Made by a program: the position numbers and the translations under genes | Shown here: positions 11,731 through 23,824 of the stretch, in pieces | How positions within the stretch are numbered: position 1 is the first letter of the stretch | Layout of the letters: the number at the start of each line of letters is the position of its first letter | The notes under the pieces: generated by a model | What the model was told of the DNA's origin: nothing | Databases searched by the model: none | What the model saw: only the letters and a program-made list of their open reading frames with translations | DNA from: Octopus sinensis | Taxonomy: Eukaryota | DNA length: 64,000 bases | Reading direction: 5' to 3' | NCBI RefSeq assembly: GCF_006345805.1 | Contig: NW_021833437.1 | Span: 1 to 64,000 of the forward strand

Positions 11731-13216
11731 CAGATACACATATCTATGTACTCATATATGCACACATATGTACATGCATGCAAACACATATTTATATACA
11801 AATTCATATGTAACATACATACACAGATACATACATATATATATATATATGCACACACACACATAAAATATACACACACATATATATACACACATACATT
11901 CATTCATACACAGATAGACGTACATACGTATATAAATACTTAGATACATATGCGTAACATACATATATACATATACATGCATACATACTTATGCAGATAC
12001 ATAAATCTATCCATGCATGCATGCATACATACATACATGCATACATATGTATATACATATTCATACACATATATGCATACATACATACATACATACATAA
12101 CATAACATAAACATACATACACATACATGTCTTGATACATACATACTTACGCACATACATATCCACGCATATCCATATACATATACATATCCACGCACAT
12201 ACATATCCACACATGCATACATACATACATACATACATACATACATACATACATACATACATACATTGATACACACATTCATACATACATACATACATAC
12301 ATACATACATACATACATACATACATAACAATAAGATAAACATACATACACACACATACAAACACGCCCTGCTACATACATACATAAATCTATTCATGCA
12401 TGCACGCATACATAATTGCATGCATACATACATACATACATACATAATTGCATGCATACATACATACATAGATACACACATTCATACATACATACATGCA
12501 TACATAACATACATACATAAATCACCTTCAAAACCAATTTATTTGGTCGAAGCTGAAAATTTCGTTCACCGCTCCGCCATTACGGATCACGTTGTCTCAC
12601 TGAAGTGTGATGCAACATAAGACAATTGCAAAAGTCTGGCTGAACTATAAATGACAGGTGATTATTCTTCCAGCAGATTCCTTAATCTCTCACAAATTAG
12701 TTCTTTATTATCAGAACTGTGAGTCCAATATAATTGATTTATCCTTTAATTCAAGAACGTATCGCATTCTCGATTCTGTATTCTTCAAACCAAAGCATCG
12801 GTGCTAATTTCTTTCCCATGAGGTTTGGTATTGACAAATACACGCACACACACACACACACACACCACACACACACACACACACATACACGCACACACAC
12901 ATACACGCACACACAAACACATACACACACGTATATATATATATAGTCATATGCATACATTCATGTATATACACATACATACTCACATACATACATTCAT
13001 ACCTGCATATGTACATAAATAAATAGTTACGTACATACATACATTCATACCTACATACAAACAAACATGAATATATGTGTAGATGTATACACATGTATGG
13101 ACATACATATGTATATATATATATATAGTACATATATATGTATGTATATGTGTGTATATATATTATATATATATATACATATATATGTATGTATATATGT
13201 ATACATATATATACAC

Positions 13217-13247
<31 letters not shown>

Positions 13248-13377
13248 ATATATATATATATATATGAGTATATGTATATATTTATGCAAAGATATACAGG
13301 CACACGCACACACATACACACACTCTCATATTTTCGTGTATGTATATATATATATATATATATCTATTTATATATAC

Positions 13378-13445
<68 letters not shown>

Positions 13446-13608
13446 TATTTATATTTATATTTATGCCGCACCGCCAAGTCGAATTTATATATCTGAAAGA
13501 CAATGTACTTATGTTGCAATGAATACTGTACGTGGTGTGAATAGAAATCGGTTGAAGTTTATATGCGTTTATCCATGTCCTCATGTATGTGTGTCCTTGT
13601 ATATATGC

Positions 13609-13676
<68 letters not shown>

Positions 13677-13700
13677 GTAGATACAAACATACATGCATAC
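11690..13700. repeat. Degenerate (TA)n/(CATA)n/(CA)n/(GATA)n microsatellite field with one unique island at about 12520-12835
   Basis: Directly visible. It accounts for the many MYVC/HTYI ORFs in the track. Confidence 0.95.
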
Positions 13701-13860
13701 ATGCATATGCACTTACGTACGTATATACATTCATACATACACAGTTATATGCATGAATAGAAGCAGATATGAATATATATATCTATATATCTATGTATAT
13801 ATGTGTGTATGTCTGTGTTTCTGTGTGTGTGCCTGTGCGTATATATATATATATATATGT

Positions 13861-14155
13861 AAAAGTAAAAAAATACAAACTGGGACAAGAACGTGAAACA
13901 TTTAGAAGACGACACAAAAAACACGGACGGGACATTCGAAGCCCTCAATCTTCAGTCAAAAACCGGATCATCCTAGCAATTTCGGCTGATTAATCTCGAG
14001 ATCGCTCCGACCCGGCCAGCCCCAAAGGAAAATCTAAGCCAAGCGCATTAGATTCCTTGGAAGAAAGCCTCGAATGTATACAAAACAAGGACGGAAAACG
14101 GACGATGTTACACGAATAAAAATACGTAAAAACAATAATGATAGCACGAATAAGA
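13861..14155 (-). mobile_element. Family C element (pLTR-like architecture, partial hammerhead-like core)
   Basis: Single copy here. Minus strand has CTGAAGA-TTGAGGGCTTC-GAA-TGTC, then a T-rich tail ending at (TA)n, the same layout as families A and B. Confidence 0.35.
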
Positions 14156-14169
14156 ATATATATATATTT

Positions 14170-14580
14170 TTTTTCTCTCTTTTTCTCTTTTACTTGTTTC
14201 AGTCATTTGACTGCGGCCATGCGGGAGCAACGCCTTTAGTCGAGCAAATCGACCCCGGGACTTATTCTTTGTAAGCCCAGTACTTATTCTATCGGTCTCT
14301 TTTGCCGAACCGCTAAGTGACGGGGACGTAAACACACCAGCATCGGTTGTCAAGCAATGCTAGGGAGACAAACACAGACACACAAACACATACACACACA
14401 TACATACATATATACATATATACGACAGGCTTCTTTCAGTTTCCGTCTACCAAATCCACTCACAAGGCATTGGTCGGCCCGGGGCTATAGCAGAAGACAC
14501 TTGCCCAAGATGCCACGCAGTGGGACTGAACCCGGAACCATGTGGTTGGTTAGAAAGCTACTTACCACGCAGCCACTCCT
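14170..14580 (-). mobile_element. SINE family S1
   Basis: Collinear with 1733-2153. Confidence 0.9.
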
Positions 14581-15022
14581 ATATTTACACATACATATAT
14601 ATATATATATATACATACACACGCGCACATAAACACACACACACACACTCATACGTTGACGCCGCACTAACATACGCAAGAGTATGGATGTTTTTGTTTC
14701 TTTTATTTTTTCATTTCATTTTGCGAATTGCTCACCAATGGAAATACAATCGCTTTATAACCAACGACACAAAATTTATCTCCTTAGAATTCAGATATCA
14801 ATACAATCGTCTTATATGCGTTCGTGTAAGTACGTAAATGTGTATAATGCATTTAGCTATTTATTTATGCAAGTATGCATTCATACTTGTATGCACGTGT
14901 ATAGAAATACGTACAGACATGCACACGTATACATACGCACACGCAAAATTGAGTACCCTCATCTATGTAATGGCATTCATCAACCTTGAGTGAAGAAAAT
15001 ATGAGGACAGTACTTGGCATGA

Positions 15023-15210
15023 GTGAAGGCGCATGGCTCAGTGGTTAGAGCGTCGAGCTTGCGATCGTGAGCCTGTGAGTTCGAATCCCGGACCGGGTTT
15101 TGTGTTGTGTTCTTGAGCAAGACACTTTAGTTCACTCAGCTGTAGGGATGAGTTGCGACGTCACAGGTGCCAAGCTGTATCGGCCTTTGACTTTCCCTTG
15201 GATAACACTG
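15023..15210 (+). mobile_element. SINE family S3, 3'-truncated
   Basis: GTGAAGGCGCATGGCTCAGTGGTTAGAGCG head. Ends at GGATAACACTG. Confidence 0.88.
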
Positions 15211-15384
15211 CCTTAGAACGATTAGTTTTAGATTTAGGGACTAACGGCCTTAGTACAATTAGTTTTAGATTTGGGGACTTTTGACTAACTGCCTTAGAAC
15301 AGTTCTTGAGAAGCTGAGAGTAGGAAACCAGAAACAAAACAGAAACACTTAAGAGACAGCTGCTACAAGTCGTGACAAGTGCTG

Positions 15385-15720
15385 AGACCCCCTTCGGTCA
15401 TGACTGACCATGGAATTGCACCTAGAAAGTTACCCTCCTAGGCACAAGTCCGGTCAAGGTTGTTTATGGAAGACCAGCAGTCGCCCATGCATACCGGCCT
15501 CCTCTCTCCACGCCACCAGTGTTATCCAAGGGAAAGGCAACGTCCGATACAGCTTGGCAACTGTGACGTCGCAACTCATTTCTACAGCTGAGTGAACTGG
15601 AGCAACGTGAAATAAAGTGTCTTGCTGAAGAATACAACACGCAGCCCGGTCCGGGATTCGAAATCACAACCTCACGATAGTAATCTCCACGCTCTAACCA
15701 CTGAGCCATGCGCCTTCACA
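15385..15720 (-). mobile_element. SINE family S3, full length, inverted relative to its neighbours
   Basis: Collinear with 9584-9918. Confidence 0.9.
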
Positions 15721-15961
15721 CACACACATTGCTCCAGTTCACTCAGCTGTAGAAATGAGTTGCGACGTCACAGGTGCCAGATAACCGAAGAAATGATGGT
15801 GTGGATTTCCACCTCGGCATCGGAAACTCAGAGTTTTATCTTGGCTACTGAATAATTGTCACATATTACATTTACAGATAAATTCCTCTATTTACATAAT
15901 ATTGAGGTCCCTTTCTTTCTTTTGTTATCTTACCATTACTACCAATATATATATATTAATA

Positions 15962-16150
15962 GATCGTTAGCTATTACACACATTTTTTCTCTCCTTGTTT
16001 CTTTCCTTGTTTTTTTCTGTGTATCTTTCTGTAGAAGAGCGTAGGCTCGAAACGTAAAAGACTTTTTTCTATTCTTGAGCGCTATACTAATACATTTGTT
16101 TGTTTGTACACCACCTGCCTTCGTCTTTTGTTTATTTTCGTAAACTTTCA
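15962..16150 (+). mobile_element. Family A element, best hammerhead-like copy (16024-16061)
   Basis: TCTTT-CTGTAGAA-GAGC-GTAG-GCTC-GAAAC-GTA-AAAGA. The 3' end runs into (TA)n. Confidence 0.6.
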
Positions 16151-16351
16151 CTTTATATATATATAAACGTGTGTGTGTATGTGTGGGTGTGAATGCATCT
16201 AAAAAGTAAGTAATTTAGCATAAGATAATCTACGGACAGCAGATTTCTGAAAACTCCGAGGAGGTTACCCACTCCTGAAATCGTTGTTCTAAATAAGTAG
16301 ATAATCCTCAGATTTCTGTCTCAGTATTCCATTCTCTTTCTCATCCACCCC

Positions 16352-16424
<73 letters not shown>

Positions 16425-16884
16425 GACGAACGATAAATGTCTTAAACACTATAATTTACATTCCTCATATCTATTAATCTCATTGAAGATCCTTACATAC
16501 TTTAAATAAATTATTTCAGGCTTCAGATTCTATGCAGATATACATACAATTTCAGTGGAGCATAAACAAAAATATGAACGACAAATTACATACGTGAAAT
16601 ATTACATAAGCTTTATGAAATTTCGTGAACGAACAGTCAAGTCGCAAAATAAAGAAACCGGAAAGTTGAGATATTTTTTTAACCCATTCGTGCATCCATA
16701 TATATCTCATACTCCGTTATTTATCATCCAATTTCTAATTCATCTCTTTCTTTCTTTCTTCCTTTCTTCTTTTTTTTTTCTCATTTAAATATTAATATAT
16801 TTCTACGTTGAAAGTTTGCCATCGGGCAAGAAATGATATATTACATAAAGATATCGCAATAATCTTGGCACCTTTATATTACCG

Positions 16885-17212
16885 ATCTTTTCTTTCTTTC
16901 TTCTTCTTCTTTCTTCTTCTTCTTCTTCTTTTCTCTTCTTCTTCTTCTTCTTCTTCTTCTTCTTCTTCGTCGTCGTCGTCGTCATCTTCTTCTTCTTCTT
17001 CGTCGTCGTCGTCGTCATCTTCTTCTTCTTCTCATTTCCTTCTTCTTCTTCTTCTTCTTCTTCTCCTTCTTCTCTTCTTCTTCTTCTTCTTCTTCTCCTC
17101 CTCCTTCTTCTCCTTCAGCTTCTTCTTTTTCTTTTTCTCAATATTATTATTATTATTATTATTATTATTAGTAGTAGTAGTAGTAGTAGTAGCAGCAGCA
17201 GCAGCAGCAGCG
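16885..17212. repeat. Compound trinucleotide microsatellite (TTC)/(TCG)/(TTA)/(TAG)/(CAG)
   Basis: Directly visible. Confidence 0.97.
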
Positions 17213-17485
17213 TCACCTCATTGTATTATTCATCAGGTTCTCCGAGAAAAAAAATTTTTTTTCGTCATAAAGATGCTCTTAAGCAGGTGATCGTTAACAA
17301 TACAACACATTTCATAATCGAGTGTACAATAAAAGAGCCATACATTTCTTGATCCATACGCACATTAATTCGTGTATATATATTCATCCACGCATACATT
17401 AAACCATACATAATACATACATTGTTCGCTACATGCAAAAATCCATGCCTATATCGCTGCATGTATATAGTGGTGAATACATAAA

Positions 17486-17790
17486 TTGTTTGTTTCTTCG
17501 CGAGCCACCCCTTGGCTCATAAGGGCCGGTTTCCCGGTTTCCGTGGCGTATAGGTTCCCCACCCGGACGGGACGCCGGTCCGTCGCAGTTGAGCTGCAAT
17601 ATGCAGGAAGAAAGAGTGAGAGAAAGTTGTGGTGAAATAGTCAGCAGAAGTTCGCCATTACCTTCTGCCGGAGCCGCGTGGAGCTTAGGTGTTTCGCTCA
17701 TAAACATACACATCGCCCGGTCTGAGATTCGAACCCGCGATCCCTCGACCGCGAGTCCGTTGCTCTAACCACTAGGCCATATGCCTCCAC
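17486..17790 (-). mobile_element. SINE family S5
   Basis: Minus-strand head GTGGAGGCATATGGCCTAGTGGTTAGAGCA. Collinear with 6804-7060 and 22413-22689. Confidence 0.9.
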
Positions 17791-17895
17791 GAATACATAG
17801 ATTGCTACCTACGTACATTGATCCCTACCTCAACTGATCCACATGTACATTGAACCATACATTTATTGAGCCGTAGGTACATTGATCCATATATA

Positions 17896-18620
17896 CCAAG
17901 GATGGGGAAACTTTTTAGTGCGGAGGGCAAAGATTTCCGATGCAAATGGTCTGCGGGCGGACTACAAGTTCTATCTCCAATATATATGTAAATCTTGTGT
18001 AGATCTACGTATAATTGGATATCTATACATTTAAAGCTGAAGTTGTCTGTGTGTGTATGGCAGGTTTGGTTGCCTTCAACTAACACTATCCCGTCCGAGA
18101 CCCTGCGGTGCAAGTTGACCAAAATTGAAAGTATGATAGAAGAAGGTTTGTTCTTCATTCCATAGCAGAAAACATTCAAATCGGACCATGTTAAAACCAA
18201 ACATTATTTACATCAAAAAGGTGCTTTTTTTTCTATGAAAATTCCTATTTTTTACAATTTTTTTACTGGTGTGTCCCCATTTTTCGGTATATTTCAACCA
18301 AAATTGAGAGTATGATAGAAGAAGGCTTGTTCTTCATTCCATAGAAGAAAACATTCAAATCGGACCATGTTAAAACCAAACATTATTTACATCAAAAAGG
18401 TGCTTTTTTTCTATGAAAATCCCTACAATTTTTTGACTGGTGTGTCCTCATTTTCCGGTATATTTCAACCTGAAAAATGTTCACTTAAAGAGAATAATAA
18501 GCTACGTAATGCGAAATTTTTACTTTTCAAAAAAGATTGAAATTATGTCAAAACTTTGTTAACGCGACATCAAAGTCTGCCGTTTTAAGCGCAACTAAAA
18601 AAACAACTCCGAGCATCGCC
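17896..18620. mobile_element. Probable non-autonomous DNA transposon remnant with a 180-bp internal tandem duplication
   Basis: The start CCAAGGATGGGGAAACTTTT...GAGGGC resembles hAT-Charlie termini. The duplicated unit is 18119-18298 / 18299-18470. No matching right TIR found. Confidence 0.4.
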
Positions 18621-18727
18621 GGGCTATATAACTAGTACATTAATAAAGATAAATTTAACAGATTAAATTAACGCGTAGTATTTTCATTAATGCCGCCACT
18701 AAATTTAGACTGTTTATATTACTTATG

Positions 18728-18993
18728 CGGAGGCGCGTGGCTTAGTGGTTAGGGTTTCAGCATCATGATCGTAAGATTGTGGCCTATGTATATTGTATAA
18801 ATTTTATAATGTGGGCGACGCGCTGTGTTCTTGAGCAAAACACTTCATTTCACGTTGCTCCAGTCCACTCAGCTGGCAGAAATGAGTAACGCTGCGATGG
18901 ACTGGCCTCCTGTCCAGCTGGGGAACACATACGCCATAGAAACGGGAAACGGGCCCATGAGCCTGGCTAGGCTTTAAAAGGGCGCATTTATTT
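18728..18993 (+). mobile_element. tRNA-derived SINE (S3-like middle, S5-like tail)
   Basis: GGAGGCGCGTGGCTTAGTGGTTAGGG head, CAGTCCACTCAGCTGGC middle and CCCATGAGCCTGGCTAGG tail. Confidence 0.8.
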
Positions 18994-19299
18994 TTATTAT
19001 TTTACTTATGCAGTGTTCTATATTTTTCAGCTAGAGTGTAGTTGGGTCTCAAGAGGTGGTACAAACCTAGCAATATGTGTTTTGTAGTGAAACAAAATTT
19101 CCATTCAAACGGGAATTACCGAACAATTTCTGTTCGAGTCTAACCGTTTTAAGTCGTAGTGGAACGGCGACCTTTGTTGCAAATAGGCCAATGTATATTG
19201 TATAAATTTTATAATTGAAGAATTTATTATATTTTGTACATATGAGCATATTGACCTGTGGGCGCAACAAAATGTGCTGATATATACAGACACAATTTC

Positions 19300-20850
19300 A
19301 GATTGAACCATACATACATTGCTGCGTACATATATTGATCCGTACGTTCATTGATTCATATATTGAGGTATACACACATTCGCCCATACATACATGGATC
19401 CATACATGCATTGATCCATACACTGATTCGCTCGTACATGCATTGAGCCATACGTACGCTGAACCACCCATATATTGAACTCTTTTACTCTTTCAGTCAT
19501 TTGACTGTGGCCATGCTGGAGCACCGCCTTTAGTCGAGAAAATCGACCCCGGGACTTATTCTTTGTGAGCCTAGTACTTATTCTATCGGTTTCTTTTGCC
19601 GAACCGCTAAGTTACGGGGACGTAGACACACCAGAATCGGTTGTCAAGCGATGTTGGGGAGACAAACACAGACACACAACCATATACACACACATGCATA
19701 TATATATATATACGACGGCTTTTTTTCAGTTTTCGTCTACCGAATCCACTCACAAGGCTCTGGTCGGCCCGAGCCTATAGTAGAAGACACTTACCCAATG
19801 TGCCATGCAGTAGGACTGAACCCGGGACCATGTGGTTCGTATGCAAGCTACTTACCACACAGCCACTCCTACGCTATATACGCTGTATATACATTGATAA
19901 TACATATACCCATAGATACATTCATTGATCCATACATTGATACAAACACACATTTAACCACACATACATTGATCCATACCTTCATTCTTCCATTCATTGG
20001 TCTCTATATAGATTCGTCCGTACATACTTTGAGCCATACATACGTTGAACCAGCCTAATATTGAACTTCGCATACATTGATACATACATACACTGATCTA
20101 TACATCGATCCATGCATTCAAAGTGTCATACATTGATCCATACACTGATACATAGATACATACATTGATCCATAAACACATTGATCAATACAGTGATTGC
20201 TCCATACATCGATCAATAAATAGATTGATCTACAAACACTGATCCATAAATACATTGATCCACACAGAATCTATACATACACCGATCTACATACATTGAT
20301 CCATAAACTCATTGATCCATACAGCCATTGTTTCATACATTGATCCGTACATACGTTGAGCAATACATACAGTGATCCATATATATACATATATATATAT
20401 ATACATACATGTTTCGATCCACACATATATTGACCCATATCTGCATTAATCCATGCACTCACAGACTCACAATTATCTAGCTATTTCTGTAAATACGTAT
20501 ATCGGGCGGGAACCTACATTCATGTGTGTATGTAGAGATTCATACGAATTGATTTCTACATACATTCATCTATTTATATACGGATCTCTACAAACATTGA
20601 ACTGTACATATATCGATCTTAACGTACATTTATAAGTTCAAGTATCGATCAGTGTTTATTGTGATCTGTACATACAATTATCTAATTTCTCAATATATAC
20701 ATTGATTTGTAATATATTGACGTGTACATACATTTATTTATACATACATTTATTAATAATCAGTACATACAATGATCTGCAACCGTATTGATTTGCATTC
20801 ATTGATTCATATATATTAATCCATACATAAATTCATCTCTACATGAATAA
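19300..20850. repeat. Degenerate minisatellite with core CATTGATCCATAC, with outliers at 17300-17900 and 21270-21420
   Basis: Roughly 25 or more imperfect copies at about 12-25 bp spacing, interrupted by a SINE at 19478-19871. Confidence 0.8.
19478..19871 (-). mobile_element. SINE family S1
   Basis: Collinear with other S1 copies. Confidence 0.88.
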
Positions 20851-21021
20851 ATTCACACAAATCTTTATGTACGCTATAATACATTATATATGAATACATA
20901 TGTAATATGTAGATACATATATGTGTGTATTATATATATATATATATATAATATATATATATATATATAACACAGATATTTGCATATATATTTTATGCAC
21001 TGAACTATAAGTAAACATATA

Positions 21022-21073
<52 letters not shown>

Positions 21074-21808
21074 ATATATAATATATGTATAAATATAATA
21101 TATATATATATGTGTATGTATATAATATATACAAATGCAATGTGTGGTACGCATTTATGTGTTTGTATGAATATGTATTCACATGTGCTGAAAGATATGT
21201 ACATGTGTCTGTGTGTTTGTGCATCTGTGAACACAATACGGACTTAAATCCATACAGTACATTCATTGAACCATACAAATATTGATCCATGCATACATTG
21301 ACACAAATAGTCATTGTTGCATAGCATACATATAGTGATCTATGCATACAATAAATCCATAGAGACATTCATCTTTACATGCAGCGATTCATAAATTGCG
21401 TTTCAACATTGATCCATGCACAGGCTCACCATTATGCCTTCGCTTTATGCAAAAGGCTGACACAAACTGCCTGCAACAGCCGTATTGTGAAAATTGCGAA
21501 TCTGTCGAGTATGTACCTGATACGCACCCAGATCGATTGAATCGGGTATGTGGATGTATCGAATGACCTGAAGCCATTATCTGAAATCATTGCAACTGGG
21601 AAAATGCACATGGTGTCCTTGAGGCTGTTATTGACAGGCATACAAATAGCTCCTTCTTTTGGAAATGGAACGATATTTTTTATGATTCCATAAAATCTTG
21701 GCAAAACGATATTCCAAAGAGAGAATTTGCCCGTGGGCGTGTTATCTCTTTCACAAAACATTCGTGTTCTTGTTACCTACAACATAGAATAGAAATAAAT
21801 GCATTCAT

Positions 21809-21972
21809 AGGCGCAGGCGTGGCTGTGTGGTAAGAAACTAGGTTCCCAATCTCAGAATACCGAGTTCAGTCCCACTGTGTGTCACCTTAGGCAAATGTTT
21901 TCTTCTATAATAGTCACGGGCTGCCCGAAGACTTGTGTATAGATTTGGTAAGCTGAAGCTGTAAGAATCTTG

Positions 21973-21975
<3 letters not shown>
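21809..21975 (+). mobile_element. Diverged S1 SINE, 5' part
   Basis: GGCGCAGGCGTGGCTGTGTGGTAAG head and AGTTCAGTCCCACTG. Confidence 0.75.
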
Positions 21976-22010
<35 letters not shown>

Positions 22011-22369
22011 TCTATGTTTGTGTGTGTGTAGACTCACGCAGATAGATAAATAGATAGATAGATAGATAGATAAATAGATAGACAGATACATACATACATA
22101 CATACATACATACATACATACATACATACATACATACATACAATCATAAACAGCATACCTGTGACTGATTAACAGAGAAAAGCATGTATAAGCGTAAGTT
22201 ATCCTAAGAGAAACTTACAGAACGAAGATTCATCATTTTCTTTCCAATTTTTAATGAACTTACTAACTTACAAAGAAAGCCGTAGTTTAATGTCTTTAAG
22301 GATTCTTTTAAGAAATATGTATGAATGCGTATGCGTACATAAGCCAAACATAAATACATACGTACATAC

Positions 22370-22407
<38 letters not shown>

Positions 22408-22412
22408 ATGAT

Positions 22413-22689
22413 TTGTTCTTTCTCAAGCCATGCCTAACTCCCGGTTTCCTTGGCGTATAGGTTTCCCACCTGGACGGGAAGCCTGTTTGTCGCAGGTGAG
22501 CTGCAAGATGCAGGAGGAAAGAATGAGAGAAAGTTATGGCGAAAGACTCAGCAGAAGTTCGCCATTATCTTCTGCCGGAGCCGCGTGGAGCTTAGGTGTT
22601 TCGCTCATAAACGCACACATCGCCCGGTCTGAGATTCAAACCCGCGACCGCTAGTCCGCTGCTCTAACCAATAGGCCATGTGCCTCCAC
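22413..22689 (-). mobile_element. SINE family S5
   Basis: Collinear with 17486-17790. Confidence 0.9.
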
Positions 22690-23375
22690 ATGTATATATA
22701 TATATTTGGAAAACCCACTAGAATGGGAGCAAGCGCTAATCCGAATGATATGATATATATGTAAAAAATGTAATATATAAATAAATATCTACAAATATGA
22801 ACCATCTGATCTGATTACCTCAATTTTTCTAATATATATATATATATATGCATACATACAAACATTCCTACATGTATACATACTGACTGACAGGCAGACA
22901 GTTAGACAGAGAGATAGACGAAAGGAGAGAGGGAGAGAGGGAGTGTGGTGGAGGAAACTGAAGATAATATTACAAACAAATTTGACAAAAATTTTTATAG
23001 CTTTTTGAGTGGTTTTGCCACTCTGGTGTTCTTCTCGCGATTGACAATTGGGTATTTGCAGAGGCTTTCAATCTACTAAATAGACCTTGGTACACTATTC
23101 TATTGTTCCCGTAAAGATGAAAACAAAATAGAAAAGCAATGTTGGCTTCGGTGGGATTTGAACTCGAAACGCTTCCTCTAGTCCGCTAGTGCAGAGCTGC
23201 GGTCTATTAAATCGACCTTAGGAGGTGGCCTTGGTGCTTTATTTTATCGATGCAATATTATTACCGCTTCAAATATGCTTGTGTCACGTTTAGATTCGTA
23301 AATAAGCCATTCACTGTGTTTTGTCATGGAGGAAATTTCTTGCTGTAGACAGAATGGTGTTAATACACCGATCGG

Positions 23376-23600
23376 CGAGCTGGCAGAATCGTTAGCACGC
23401 TGGGCGAAATGCGTAGCCGTATATCGTCTGCCGTTATGTTCTAAGTTCAAATTCCGCCGAGGTCGACTTTGCCTTTCATCCTTTGGGGGTCGATAAATAA
23501 AGTACCAGTTACGCACTGGGGTCGATGTAATCGACTTGATCCGTTTGTCTGTCCTTGTTTGTCCCCTCTGTGTTTAGCCCCTTGTGGGTAATAAAGAAAC
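23376..23600 (+). mobile_element. SINE family S2
   Basis: GGCGAGCTGGCAGAATCGTTAGC head, conserved core and AATAAAGAAA tail. Confidence 0.9.
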
Positions 23601-23776
23601 AGATATCAGTTCACAGCGCTATCTAGACTGTGAGAGGCAAACATTTCGGAGTGGTTATCGTCTCTTCAGTTCCAGACACTAGGCAGTGAACTCAATACAT
23701 GAAAATGATCGGAACATTGGAAGTGTTTCCTTTCAGTCCGCTAATACAGATCCGCGGTCTATTAAATCAACCTTAG

Positions 23777-23824
23777 CTTTACGGTGTCGATAAAGGCTTT
23801 GATGCCTTTATCGACACCGTAAAG
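23777..23824. other. Perfect 21-bp inverted repeat with a 6-nt loop
   Basis: CTTTACGGTGTCGATAAAGGC-TTTGAT-GCCTTTATCGACACCGTAAAG. Confidence 0.95.
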
